The position numbers and the translations under genes were made by a program. A stretch of 64,000 nucleotides of DNA. It comes from Pirellulales bacterium (lineage in GTDB: Bacteria > Planctomycetota > Planctomycetia > Pirellulales > JAICIG01). This document shows, one piece after another, positions 18,776 to 28,009 of the stretch. The stretch spans positions 191,943 through 255,942 of the forward strand of contig JBBDYJ010000025.1 of the NCBI GenBank assembly GCA_040901675.1, written 5' to 3'. The notes below the pieces were generated by a model. It saw nothing but the letters and a program-made list of their open reading frames with translations. It did not search any database and was not told where the DNA came from. Each line of letters begins with the position of its first letter. Position 1 is the first letter of the stretch.

Positions 18776-19309
18776 TCAGCCGGCCGCTTCGCCGGTTTGG
18801 GCTGCGAAACGGCGGGCAGTGCTCACGTAATGTTCCGCGGCTAGGCGATTGTGCTCGATCTCCTGATCCGTCAGCGGCCGCTTGACTTTGGCCGGCATCC
18901 CCAACACCAGCGAGCCGGGCGGCACGACGGTCCTCTCGGTCACCACCGCTCCGGCGCCGATGATGCTGTCGCGGCCGATCCGCGCGCCGTTCAGGACTAC
19001 GGCCCGCATCCCCACGATCACATTGTCTCCCACCTCGGCGCCGTGTACGATCGCCCCGTGCCCCAACGTCACGCCGTCGCCCAGCGTGCAGGGCAAACCC
19101 GGATCGGCGTGCAGCACGCAGCCATCCTGGACGTTCGTCCGCCGGCCGATCCGGATCGCTTCCACGTCGCCGCGAAGCACGGCGTTGAACCAGACGCTCG
19201 ATTGCTCGCCGATCGTCACGTCGCCGACGATTTGAGCACCGGGCGCTACGAACACGCCGCCGGCCAACAGCTCCGGGCGAAAGCGCAGCCGCGAGTCATC
19301 CTCTGGCAC
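18776..19309 (-). CDS. gamma-carbonic-anhydrase family hexapeptide protein
   Basis: VLRGD, NVQDGCVLH, GHGAIVHG; start uncertain (GTG 19309). Confidence 0.9.
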   Translation of the reverse strand: MPEDDSRLRFRPELLAGGVFVAPGAQIVGDVTIGEQSSVWFNAVLRGDVEAIRIGRRTNVQDGCVLHADPGLPCTLGDGVTLGHGAIVHGAEVGDNVIVGMRAVVLNGARIGRDSIIGAGAVVTERTVVPPGSLVLGMPAKVKRPLTDQEIEHNRLAAEHYVSTARRFAAQTGEAAG

Positions 19310-19326
19310 TGCCGGTCTCCCCAGTT

Positions 19327-19367
19327 TTCTAATCGGGGTTATTCTAATCGGCGTTATTCTGATCGGC
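19327..19367. repeat. 15-bp tandem repeat x3
   Basis: ttctaatcggggtta ttctaatcggcgtta ttctgatcggc. Confidence 0.8.
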
Positions 19368-19463
19368 ACGAAACACGGTCCACCGCCTAAGCTACACCAG
19401 TCCGCCGCACGCGGCAAAGCGCGCCTGGCGGCAATCGGGCCCTCGATCTGCTAAGCTAAACCG

Positions 19464-19511
19464 CGGTTGTCTGAAGGGGCGGTTGTCTGGAGGGGCGGTT
19501 GTCTGGAGGGG
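19464..19511. repeat. 16-bp tandem repeat x3
   Basis: CGGTTGTCTG(A/G)AGGGG at 19464, 19480 and 19496. Confidence 0.85.
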
Positions 19512-19540
19512 CTGGCCGGCCGTTACAAGGAGATCCTTCC

Positions 19541-20644
19541 GTGAAGACATATCGAGTGGCCGTCATCGGACGCACCGGACGAGGCGATTACGGGCATGGC
19601 ATCGACACGGTCTGGCTCGAAGCGCCCGGGGTGGAGGTTGTGGCCGTTGCGGACGACGACAAGCCCGGCCTCGCCGCGGCCGCCAGGCGCCTGGGCGTGA
19701 ACCAGGCCTTTAGCGACTACCGCGAGATGCTCGACAAGGTCAAGCCCGACATCGTCGGCATTGGCCCGCGCTGGCTCGACCAGCATCGAGACATGGTGGT
19801 GGCCGCCGCCGAGCGGGGCATCCACATGTACCTGGAAAAGCCTTTTTGCCGCACGCTGGCCGAGGCGGACGAGATGGTGGCGGCCTGCGAGCGCACGCAC
19901 GCCAAACTGGCCATCGCCCACCAGACCCGCTACAGCCCGAAGATCGACGCCGTCGAGCAGATCATCGAATCGGGCAAGATCGGGCGAGTGCTTCATTACC
20001 GGGGGCGCGGCAAGGAGGACCGCCGCGGCGGCGGCGAGGACCTCTGGGTCTTGGGCAGCCACGTGATGGACCTGATCCGGCTCTTCGGCGGGCAGCCGCA
20101 ATGGTGCTTTGCGCGCGTCAGCCAAGAGGGCCGGCCGATTTCAAAACAAGACGTGGCGGAGGGCAACGAAGGCATCGGGCCGCTGGCCGGCGACGCGGTC
20201 AACGCCTTGTATGGCATGGCCGACGGTTCCACAGCGTCGTTCGATTCCTACCGCAATACTGCCGGCCGCCTTTCGCGATTCGGCTTGCAGATCTACGGCA
20301 CCGAGGGCATCGTCGAAATCCTCACCGGTTATCTCCCCTCGGTGAAGTACCTGCCGGACCCCTCCTGGTCGCCCGGCCGCAGCGGAGCAGCCTGGCAGGA
20401 CGTCTCTTCGGCCGGCATCGGCGTCACCGAACCGCTCGCCGACGGCGGCGCGCAGGCCGGCAACCTGCTGGCGGTCAAGGACCTGATCTCGGCGATCGAA
20501 GAGAACCGGCAGCCGATGGGCAACATCTATGAAGCCCGCGGCGCCACCGAGATGATCGTGGCGATATTCGAATCGCAGCGCGCCGGCAAGCCGGTCGCGC
20601 TGCCGCTGGAGAACCGGCAGAACCCGCTGACGATGCTCTCCTGA
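19541..20644 (+). CDS. Gfo/Idh/MocA oxidoreductase
   Basis: YRVAVIG, YLEKPF, DLWVLGSHVMD; AAGGAG RBS before the GTG. Confidence 0.9.
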   Translation: MKTYRVAVIGRTGRGDYGHGIDTVWLEAPGVEVVAVADDDKPGLAAAARRLGVNQAFSDYREMLDKVKPDIVGIGPRWLDQHRDMVVAAAERGIHMYLEKPFCRTLAEADEMVAACERTHAKLAIAHQTRYSPKIDAVEQIIESGKIGRVLHYRGRGKEDRRGGGEDLWVLGSHVMDLIRLFGGQPQWCFARVSQEGRPISKQDVAEGNEGIGPLAGDAVNALYGMADGSTASFDSYRNTAGRLSRFGLQIYGTEGIVEILTGYLPSVKYLPDPSWSPGRSGAAWQDVSSAGIGVTEPLADGGAQAGNLLAVKDLISAIEENRQPMGNIYEARGATEMIVAIFESQRAGKPVALPLENRQNPLTMLS

Positions 20645-20751
20645 ACGTTTTCTGAAACGCGCGAACCTCCCCGCTTAGCCATCTTGCCGAGCTTGGCTCA
20701 CGCACCCCCTCGGCTGGGGTCGCGCGCCAGAAGAGTCCGCCCAATCGGAAG

Positions 20752-20787
20752 AATCCACTCAACCACGCCTGCCCCTTGTGCCGATAC
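20752..20787 (+). promoter_or_regulatory. sigma-28-like promoter candidate
   Basis: AATCCACTCAAC-N16-GCCGATAC, 46 nt before the ATG at 20834. Confidence 0.6.
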
Positions 20788-20833
20788 CGACCGACGAGAC
20801 CGTATACCACCTTAGCCGGCAGGAAGAATTGCC

Positions 20834-22909
20834 ATGCCTCGTCTCGCTGTCGCCACGTGCCTGGTATTTGCCGGCCTCGTCGCGTTGGCGGCCCGGGCCA
20901 ATGCCGCCGACGACGTAGAGAAATCGACGTCGCAAAAGCTCTCCGAGCGGTTCGAACGCTTTCGGCGCAGTATCTGGGGCGACGGCGGCGAGCAGGCACA
21001 CCACAACCACCATCACCACCAGCACCACAATCACACGCCGCGGACCGCGGCAAACCCACGCCAGGGGCAAGCTCCCGCGGCCGGCAGGACGCAGGCGACC
21101 GGCAGGACCCACGCGGCCGGCAGACCCCACGCCCATGCCGGCAGGCAGCCGCATTCCAGCCGCCGCCCCGACCCCGCCGCGATTCTCCCGGACGACGAGC
21201 TCTTCCCGGATCTCAGCGGGACGGCCCAGGCAGTGGACCCCTTCGACGATCCTCCGCCGGTGTACGCCCCGGCCGCTGACAGCGACCGCTATGCCTGGCC
21301 GGAAGAACAAGCCACGCCAACGGCCGGCACGCGTCCAGCCTACTCCGCGCGGCCGGGTGCGCTTTACGATCCCGGTGCTCGCGTGGCCAGAGTCGATCGC
21401 GACACCGGACCGATCCCCGCCATGCCGCCCGAAGACGGCGATCTGCTTTTTGCCCGCACCGCTGCTGTCCTGAGAGTCGAAACCAGCGGGCCGCGGCGGG
21501 CCATGCTCGGCAAGCCGGCGACTTACCGCGTGGTGGTCTCGAACGATGCCGACGTCGTGGCCGAAGGCGTGGTCCTGGACCTGGCGCTGCCGGCCTGGGC
21601 GGAAGTGGCCGACGCCCGCCAAACCAACGGCAAAACCCGTTTGCCGGGGGGCGGAAGCGAGACCTTCCAGTGGACGATCAGCAGCCTGTCGGGCCGCAGC
21701 CAGGCCGAGCTGACCCTGCAAATCGTGCCGCGCGAAAACCGTCCCTTCGATCTGGCGCTGCGCTGGTCGTCGGCAGGGCCGAGCTCGCAAGCCACGATCG
21801 AGGTTCAGCAGCCGCAGCTCGTTTTGAAGCTTGCGGGCCCCAAGGAAGTGCAGTGCGGCGCCAAGGAAGTGTATCGCCTGAGCCTGGTCAACCCCGGAAC
21901 CGGCCCGGCGGAGAACGTTGTGGTGCGGCTGTTCGGGGTCGGACCCGACCAGGCGCCCGCCTCCAGCCACCGCATCGGCACGATCGAGCCCAACGACGCC
22001 AAGGTGGTCGACATCGAGCTGGCGGCCCGGCAAGGCGGCCAGCTCGTCATCAAGGCTGAAGCCACGGCCGACGGGGGACTGCAAGCGGCGATCGCAGAGG
22101 AAGTGATTGTCCGCCGCGCCAAGCTGGAGGTGGAGGTCACCGGGCCGAGCAAGCAGTTCGCCGCGGCGCCCGGCAATTTTCGGATTCACGTGGCCAACCC
22201 GGGCGACGCCCCGGCCCGGCAGGTCAGGCTTTCCGCGACGCTGCCCCCACTGGCCGAATACATCTCCAGCACCGCCGGCGGCCAGCTCGATGCCGATCCG
22301 CGGCGCGTCAACTGGCTGATCGACTATTTGCCTGCCGGCGGAGAGGCAACGCTCGATTTAAAGTGCAACATCCGGGGGCCGGGCGAGAACCGCATCGACG
22401 TGGTCGCCGCCGCCGAAGGCGACCTGGTCGCCAACGGCACGGCAGTCACCCAAGTGGTTGCCTTGCCGGACCTGGAACTGGCCGTCACCGACCCGCCCGC
22501 GCCGGTCGCCGTCGGCGAAGACGCCGTGTTCGAGGTTCGCGTGAGGAATCGAGGCACCAAGAGCGCCGAGGGCGTTGAGTTGGTCGCCTTCTTTTCCAAG
22601 GGCATCGAACCGGTCTCGGTGGAAGGGGGCCCGCACGAGATATCGCCGGGCACGGTGGCTCTGGGCACGATCAGCTCGCTGGCCGCGGGCGCCGACGCCG
22701 TTTATCGGATCACCGCCCGGGCCGAGGTCAGCGGCAACCATCGCTTCCGCGTCGAGCTGGAGTGCAAATCGGCCTCCACGCGGTTGAGCCAGGAGGAAAC
22801 GACGCTGTTTTACGGCGAGGAGACCTTAGGCAAGGCCGGTAAAGAACCGCCCCCCGAGCCGCCCCGAGCGGCCTCGGGTGGGAAAATCCTGACGATGCCG
22901 CGCAGCTAG
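20834..22909 (+). CDS. secreted protein with about four DUF11/CARDB-like Ig domains and a His-rich disordered N-terminus
   Basis: signal peptide; repeated xNPGTGPAENV, VANPGDAPA and VRNRGTKSA beta-sandwich starts; HHNHHHHQHHNH. Confidence 0.8.
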   Translation: MPRLAVATCLVFAGLVALAARANAADDVEKSTSQKLSERFERFRRSIWGDGGEQAHHNHHHHQHHNHTPRTAANPRQGQAPAAGRTQATGRTHAAGRPHAHAGRQPHSSRRPDPAAILPDDELFPDLSGTAQAVDPFDDPPPVYAPAADSDRYAWPEEQATPTAGTRPAYSARPGALYDPGARVARVDRDTGPIPAMPPEDGDLLFARTAAVLRVETSGPRRAMLGKPATYRVVVSNDADVVAEGVVLDLALPAWAEVADARQTNGKTRLPGGGSETFQWTISSLSGRSQAELTLQIVPRENRPFDLALRWSSAGPSSQATIEVQQPQLVLKLAGPKEVQCGAKEVYRLSLVNPGTGPAENVVVRLFGVGPDQAPASSHRIGTIEPNDAKVVDIELAARQGGQLVIKAEATADGGLQAAIAEEVIVRRAKLEVEVTGPSKQFAAAPGNFRIHVANPGDAPARQVRLSATLPPLAEYISSTAGGQLDADPRRVNWLIDYLPAGGEATLDLKCNIRGPGENRIDVVAAAEGDLVANGTAVTQVVALPDLELAVTDPPAPVAVGEDAVFEVRVRNRGTKSAEGVELVAFFSKGIEPVSVEGGPHEISPGTVALGTISSLAAGADAVYRITARAEVSGNHRFRVELECKSASTRLSQEETTLFYGEETLGKAGKEPPPEPPRAASGGKILTMPRS

Positions 22910-22966
22910 CGCTAGCGCTGGCTGTCCGTCGTGCTCTTGGGAGTGGGCCTTCGTTGCCCGCCTTAC

Positions 22967-23089
22967 ACGGCCTGGGAAGGCCGTCCTACCTTACCCGCCC
23001 ACCTACCTATTCTAGCTAGCTTCTCTCAGTGTGCATGGGTGACTGCGGGCTGCGCTAACGCTTAGACGGCCTGGGAAGGCCGTCCTACC
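22967..23089 (-). repeat. two GTAG-REP-like palindromes
   Basis: ACGGCCTGGGAAGGCCGTCCTACC at 22967 and 23066 (minus strand GTAG-GACGGCC-TTCCCA-GGCCGT). Confidence 0.85.
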
Positions 23090-23231
23090 ACCTCCAGTGC
23101 GGTCCAGAACCCGCGTTTGGGGATCGGCGTCGTTGCTCTATAATCCGGCCGCGCTGGCGCTTCAATCGACGCATGCACGTGCGTCATACCCTTTGGTTCC
23201 TCGCACCCCTGCCTCTTGTTTCGTGGTGGAA

Positions 23232-24323
23232 ATGCGGTATTTGGCTTTCGTTGCCGTGGTCTTGCTGTCGGGCCTGTTGGCCGGATGCGGCACCACGCGG
23301 ATGAGCGACACCTCGCGGACAGGCACCGAGCAACTGCTGTTGTCGTCGGCCGTCGATCGGGCGATCAACAACATCAACTTCAAACCCCTGGCGGGCAAGG
23401 ACGTCTACCTCGACACGCAATACCTGGAAGGGATTGTCGACAAGAACTACGTCGTCAGCTCGCTCCGCCAGCATATGCTGGCTCACGGTTGCCATCTCAA
23501 GGCGGACCGCAAAGATGCCACGTACGTGGCGGAGGCCCGAGCCGGAGCCATTGGCACCAACCGGCACGACGTGATGCTGGGCGTGCCGGCCATCAACGTG
23601 CCGACCGCCGGCCTGTTGCCCGGCGCTCCCTCCGCAATCCCGGAGATTCCGTTTGCCAAGACCACCAACCAAAAAGGAATCGCCAAGATCGCCGTGTTCG
23701 CCTACAACCAGGAAACCGACCAGCCTGTCTGGCAGTCAGGCGTCTTCCCGGTCGTCAGCGATGCCAAGGATACCTGGCTGCTGGGCGCGGGCCCCTTCCA
23801 GAGAGGTTCGATCTACGAGGGAACCCGCTTCGCGGGCAACCGCATGATCTTTTCCAAGCCCAAGCGGAGCGAGCCAGCGCCCGCCCCCTCCGTACCAGTC
23901 ACCGCCGAGGCCGTCTTCGAGGAACGCCCCGTCGTAGCACGGGCCCCCAACGGCGACCTCTCGCAAACTCCCAATCCCATCACGGGCGTCGAACAGGCCC
24001 AGGCCATCGAGCCTCAACCTGCCGCGGAGTTGGAAACAGACCATCATGCAGGCGGCCCTGGATCCGGCGGCCCAGCCGACATGGTGCCGCACGGCCGCAT
24101 CGTACGTCTTCCGCCTACCGAACACGTGCCGGCCGACTCCGACGCGATCGCGCCACACGACCCGCTCAGCGCGCCGGAGGGCGTGTCCGAGGCAGACCCG
24201 CGGGCGACCGATGGGCCTGGCGAAACCCCAGGATCGTCAGCCTTCAGTTTGTTCAAGCCGCGGACCTGGTTTCGCACCCAACCGCCGGAGCCGGACGTCG
24301 AAATCAGCGACTACGGCTTGTAA
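23232..24323 (+). CDS. lipoprotein of unknown function
   Basis: lipobox LLAGC; RTGTEQLLLSSAVDRA conserved-looking domain; Pro-rich disordered tail. Confidence 0.8.
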   Translation: MRYLAFVAVVLLSGLLAGCGTTRMSDTSRTGTEQLLLSSAVDRAINNINFKPLAGKDVYLDTQYLEGIVDKNYVVSSLRQHMLAHGCHLKADRKDATYVAEARAGAIGTNRHDVMLGVPAINVPTAGLLPGAPSAIPEIPFAKTTNQKGIAKIAVFAYNQETDQPVWQSGVFPVVSDAKDTWLLGAGPFQRGSIYEGTRFAGNRMIFSKPKRSEPAPAPSVPVTAEAVFEERPVVARAPNGDLSQTPNPITGVEQAQAIEPQPAAELETDHHAGGPGSGGPADMVPHGRIVRLPPTEHVPADSDAIAPHDPLSAPEGVSEADPRATDGPGETPGSSAFSLFKPRTWFRTQPPEPDVEISDYGL

Positions 24324-24342
24324 CAAACGGCGTAAGGCTGGC

Positions 24343-24484
24343 CGTAGCTGAATTCGCCAGAATTCAGGCGTCGCGTGCGTATGCGGCCAGAACTCTGGCG
24401 AGTTCTGCTACCCGTAGAACGGAATTCATTCCGGTTCTCGTCGCGTAGTGGCAACGTGGCCAGAACTCTGGCGAGTTCTGCTAC
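24343..24484. repeat. BIME-like cluster of GTAG-REP palindromes between convergent genes
   Basis: GTAGCTGAATTCGCCAGAATTCAG, two copies of CAGAACTCTGGCGAGTTCTGCTAC, and GTAGAACGGAATTCATTCCG. Confidence 0.85.
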
Positions 24485-25659
24485 TAGCGGCGCGTCCGCT
24501 CGAATGCCAGCGGCTGCTCGGAGTTGGGGTCCTTGATTCGAATCGAGACTTTGCCGGCCAGCAGGTCGTCGAGCAAATGCCCGACCACCTCGGCCCTCCA
24601 TCCCCGCGCCAGGCTGGGCACCTCCTGGTCTGCTCCCCGCTGGCCAAGCTGATGCTCGATGAGGTCCCGCACGTCGGTGGCAGTTCCCACCAGGCTGGAC
24701 GCGACTTGGGCGTCGCGGCAGATGCTGCTCAGCGCCGACGAGAGAAACTGCCCCAACATGTTCAACTGCGGGCTCGATTCGCGGCGCGGAACCTGGGGAC
24801 AGGCCGCCTCCGGCAGTTCCAGCCCCTTGGCAATGGCAGCCGAAAGAGCCGGCACGGCGCGTTGCAGGTCGCCTCGCTCCAGGCCGCGGACGGCCCGGAT
24901 TTGCTTGGCGTCGGCGCTGCGCCGCTTGGCCAGCTCGACGATCAGGTCGTCTCGCAGCACCCGCCGCACCGGCCAGTCGCGCCGCTGCGCCTCCTGCTCG
25001 CGCCATAACCACAGCTCGCGCACAATGGCCTGGCTGCGGGCGGGCAGGTTGGCGCTGCCCGACACTTTACGCCAGCGCTCGCGGCCCCGGCTGACGGTCA
25101 CCTCGCTCTCGAACTGCGACATCTCATCGGCGAACCATCCCGTCCGCCGCAGTTCTTCCAATCTGCGGCCCAAGCGGAGCCGCAGTTCGGCCAGGTGCCG
25201 CACGTCTTCCAACGCGTAGTCGATCTGCCGCTCGGTCAGGGGCCGCCGCCGCCAATCGGTTCGCGTTTCACCTTTGCGCGGGGTCTGGCCGAGCAGCCTG
25301 TAGATCAGCGATCCATATCCGGATGGGTAATCGAGTCCCACCAGGCCGGCCGCCAACTGCACGTCGAACAGCGCGCGGGGGGGCTGCGCGACGGCCTCCA
25401 GGCAAAACAGCAGCTCCTCCCGCCCGGCGTGCACGATCGTCTCGTGGCCGGGGGCGGCCAGCGCCTCCCAGAAGGGTCTCATGTCCTCGGCGGCCAAGGG
25501 GTCGATCACCACCAGCCGGTCCCCGGCGGCCACCTGAACCAGGCACAGTTGGGGCCGGTACGAGTGCTCTGAAACGAACTCGGTATCGAAGGCGATGACC
25601 GGGACCTGGGCAAGTCCGCGGCAGAACTCGACCAGGTCGTGCTGCGAAGTGATGATCAA
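24484..25659 (-). CDS. rnd: ribonuclease D
   Basis: AFDTEF, LCLVQV, FDVQLAA, TDWRRRPL..YALEDV (DEDDy exonuclease) plus an HRDC-like region. Confidence 0.9.
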   Translation of the reverse strand: MIITSQHDLVEFCRGLAQVPVIAFDTEFVSEHSYRPQLCLVQVAAGDRLVVIDPLAAEDMRPFWEALAAPGHETIVHAGREELLFCLEAVAQPPRALFDVQLAAGLVGLDYPSGYGSLIYRLLGQTPRKGETRTDWRRRPLTERQIDYALEDVRHLAELRLRLGRRLEELRRTGWFADEMSQFESEVTVSRGRERWRKVSGSANLPARSQAIVRELWLWREQEAQRRDWPVRRVLRDDLIVELAKRRSADAKQIRAVRGLERGDLQRAVPALSAAIAKGLELPEAACPQVPRRESSPQLNMLGQFLSSALSSICRDAQVASSLVGTATDVRDLIEHQLGQRGADQEVPSLARGWRAEVVGHLLDDLLAGKVSIRIKDPNSEQPLAFERTRR

Positions 25660-25687
25660 GAAGATGCCGATGCCAAAAATGGGTGAT

Positions 25688-27316
25688 CTAAAAGAACAGG
25701 TACGTCACCAAAGCAAAGATCGGCACCAGCACGGCACCGCTGTAGACCATGTAACCGAAAAAGCTCGGCATCCGAACGCCCGATTTCTCGGCGATCGTCT
25801 TGACCATGAAATTCGGTCCGTTGCCGATGTAGGTGTTGGCCCCCATGAAGACCGCGCCCAGGCTCACCGCCGCCAGCAGCCGGTCGGGCAGGCCCAGGTG
25901 CGGCATCGAAGTATAGCCCTCGGCCCCCAAGGCTCGACCCGTCTCGAGAAACACCAGGTACGTGGGGGCGTTGTCGAGCACCGACGAAAGCGCCCCGGTA
26001 ATCCAGAAAAACTCGGCCGGCGTATCGATGCCCAACTGCGAGCCTTGCACGCCCAGGATCTGCAAGGCCGGCTGCATGCAAATGAAAATGCCCGTGAACA
26101 AGGCCGCCACCTCGATGATCGCGCCATAGTTGAATCGATTCGCCTGGCGAACGCCTGGGTCGCCCAGCGCCAACGAACATGCCACCAGCCCCAACAGTAC
26201 GGCTTCCCGCAGGTAGAGCCAGGGGTGCCAATCGGTGGCCGGCAACGTCTTGGTGGTGTCCAAGAGCCCCACGGCCATCACGACCCCGGCCAGCAGCAGG
26301 GTATTCGGCCACAGGCCGCCGAATTGCATCCGCCGCACCCGCGTTTCGTCGCGCAGCACGTCCTGCACTGTTTCGCGAGGATAACTGACCAGGCTGTCCC
26401 AGGCAAAGTAAACGGCCAGCAGCAGGGCGTTGACTAGCAGCCACTGTGGCCAGAGCGAGAGCGTCCAAAGAAAATCGACGCCCTGCAAGTAGCCGAGGAA
26501 CAGGGGCGGATCGCCCAGCGGCAGCAGGCAGCCGCCGCAGTTGCAGACCACGAAGATGAAGAACACCACGGTGTGGCTGACGTGCTTGCGCTCGCTGTTG
26601 GTTTCCAAGAGCGGCCGTACCAGCAGCATCGCCGCGCCGGTGGTGCCAATGAAGCTGGCCAGCAAGCCTCCGACCGTGATGAAGGCCGTGTTGGTCAGCG
26701 GATGCGCCGGCAAGTCGCCCTGGATCCGGATTCCGCCGCTGATGGTGTACAAGCTGAACAACAAGATGATGAACGGCACGAAGTCCTGCAGGATGGCGTT
26801 TGCCAGCACGGCCGCGGGCAACTCCCACGACACGTCGCCTGCCGGATGGACCAAAGCATGCCCCAGGAAGTGCCGTTCGACCGGGTGCGGATGAGCCACC
26901 GCATAGTACGTCAGCGTCGCCAGTCCCAGCCCGGCGGCAACCAGGAACTTGTGCAGGTTGCTCTCCCACCAGTGCTCGCTGACGTGCAGCAGGGGCAGCA
27001 AGGCGATGGCGCCCAGCAGCAGGACAAAAGGGGCCACCGTCCAGTAAGCGGGCGCCGCGCGCGGCTGCGCTCGATGCGATTCGTTCGGCCGTCGCGGCGG
27101 CTTGGCCTCGCTGTGTGCTGCGGCGCCGTGACCGGGGCGGGTGTCTGCCTTCGCCTCGCCTGCGTCGCCTGCGTGAGCGGCCGCCAGGATCCGGCTGGTT
27201 GCGTGTTGCGGCCAGCCGGCCGCGGCCGCCACGGCGTAGACGATGAGAATCGCCAGCAGGGCAAAGACTACCGGCCGGTTTGGATTGGTCTGCCCGGAGG
27301 GCTCGTCAAGCGACAT
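25688..27316 (-). CDS. sodium:proton antiporter (ion transporter superfamily)
   Basis: polytopic; NCGGCLLPLGDPPLFLG, LDNAPTY, YIGNGPNFMVK. Confidence 0.85.
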   Translation of the reverse strand: MSLDEPSGQTNPNRPVVFALLAILIVYAVAAAAGWPQHATSRILAAAHAGDAGEAKADTRPGHGAAAHSEAKPPRRPNESHRAQPRAAPAYWTVAPFVLLLGAIALLPLLHVSEHWWESNLHKFLVAAGLGLATLTYYAVAHPHPVERHFLGHALVHPAGDVSWELPAAVLANAILQDFVPFIILLFSLYTISGGIRIQGDLPAHPLTNTAFITVGGLLASFIGTTGAAMLLVRPLLETNSERKHVSHTVVFFIFVVCNCGGCLLPLGDPPLFLGYLQGVDFLWTLSLWPQWLLVNALLLAVYFAWDSLVSYPRETVQDVLRDETRVRRMQFGGLWPNTLLLAGVVMAVGLLDTTKTLPATDWHPWLYLREAVLLGLVACSLALGDPGVRQANRFNYGAIIEVAALFTGIFICMQPALQILGVQGSQLGIDTPAEFFWITGALSSVLDNAPTYLVFLETGRALGAEGYTSMPHLGLPDRLLAAVSLGAVFMGANTYIGNGPNFMVKTIAEKSGVRMPSFFGYMVYSGAVLVPIFALVTYLFF

Positions 27317-27463
27317 GCCGATGGAATGGAACCCACGTGTGAGGCGAGCGGAAACCCTAGGTTATACACGATTCGCGGCCGGCGCGAACTGGCATACCGG
27401 CCCCGCACGACCCGTGGACCGCCCCTCACGGCGCCGCCTCGATTCTGCTACCATCGGAACCGG

Positions 27464-28009
27464 ATGGAAACCTGGCTGCGATCCAACACGCGCATCATGT
27501 GGCTCGGCACTTTGCCTGCGGCCGGTGGCACGCTGGCAGGGCTGCTGCTGGTTTGGAATGCCGGCCCCTCGGCTTTGGGGTGGCTGGCTCGGATCGCGGG
27601 CGGATTGCTCCTGGTCATCTCGCTCGGCGGGCTGGCGTGGCTCGTGCGCCAGTTGCTCCGCCCGCGGCTGGCCTACGAAGCGGGTCACCTGCTGGTCTAT
27701 TTGCGGCCCCAGCCCCTGAAAGTGCCGATCGAGCTGGTCGAGGGTTTTTTGCTCGGTCAGGGGCCAAGCTTCCTGCCGGGCAAGCGGCACCGGCTGACCG
27801 AAACCTCGACGCTGGTGATTCGGCTCGCCGAGCGAGCCGGCGAGTGGGCCCGGATCGACGTCCCGCCCGCCATGGGAAGCTGGTGCAATCACTACGTGAC
27901 CATCCGCGGCACCTGGTGCGAGCCACTGAGCGTCGAGTTGGCCGCCCGGCTTAACGCCCGGCTGGCAGGTGTCCAGCAGCAACTCGACCGCCGGGCGATC
28001 AGCGCATGA
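27464..28009 (+). CDS. hypothetical membrane protein
   Basis: two TM helices then a soluble domain; ATGA overlap with the next gene. Confidence 0.7.
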   Translation: METWLRSNTRIMWLGTLPAAGGTLAGLLLVWNAGPSALGWLARIAGGLLLVISLGGLAWLVRQLLRPRLAYEAGHLLVYLRPQPLKVPIELVEGFLLGQGPSFLPGKRHRLTETSTLVIRLAERAGEWARIDVPPAMGSWCNHYVTIRGTWCEPLSVELAARLNARLAGVQQQLDRRAISA

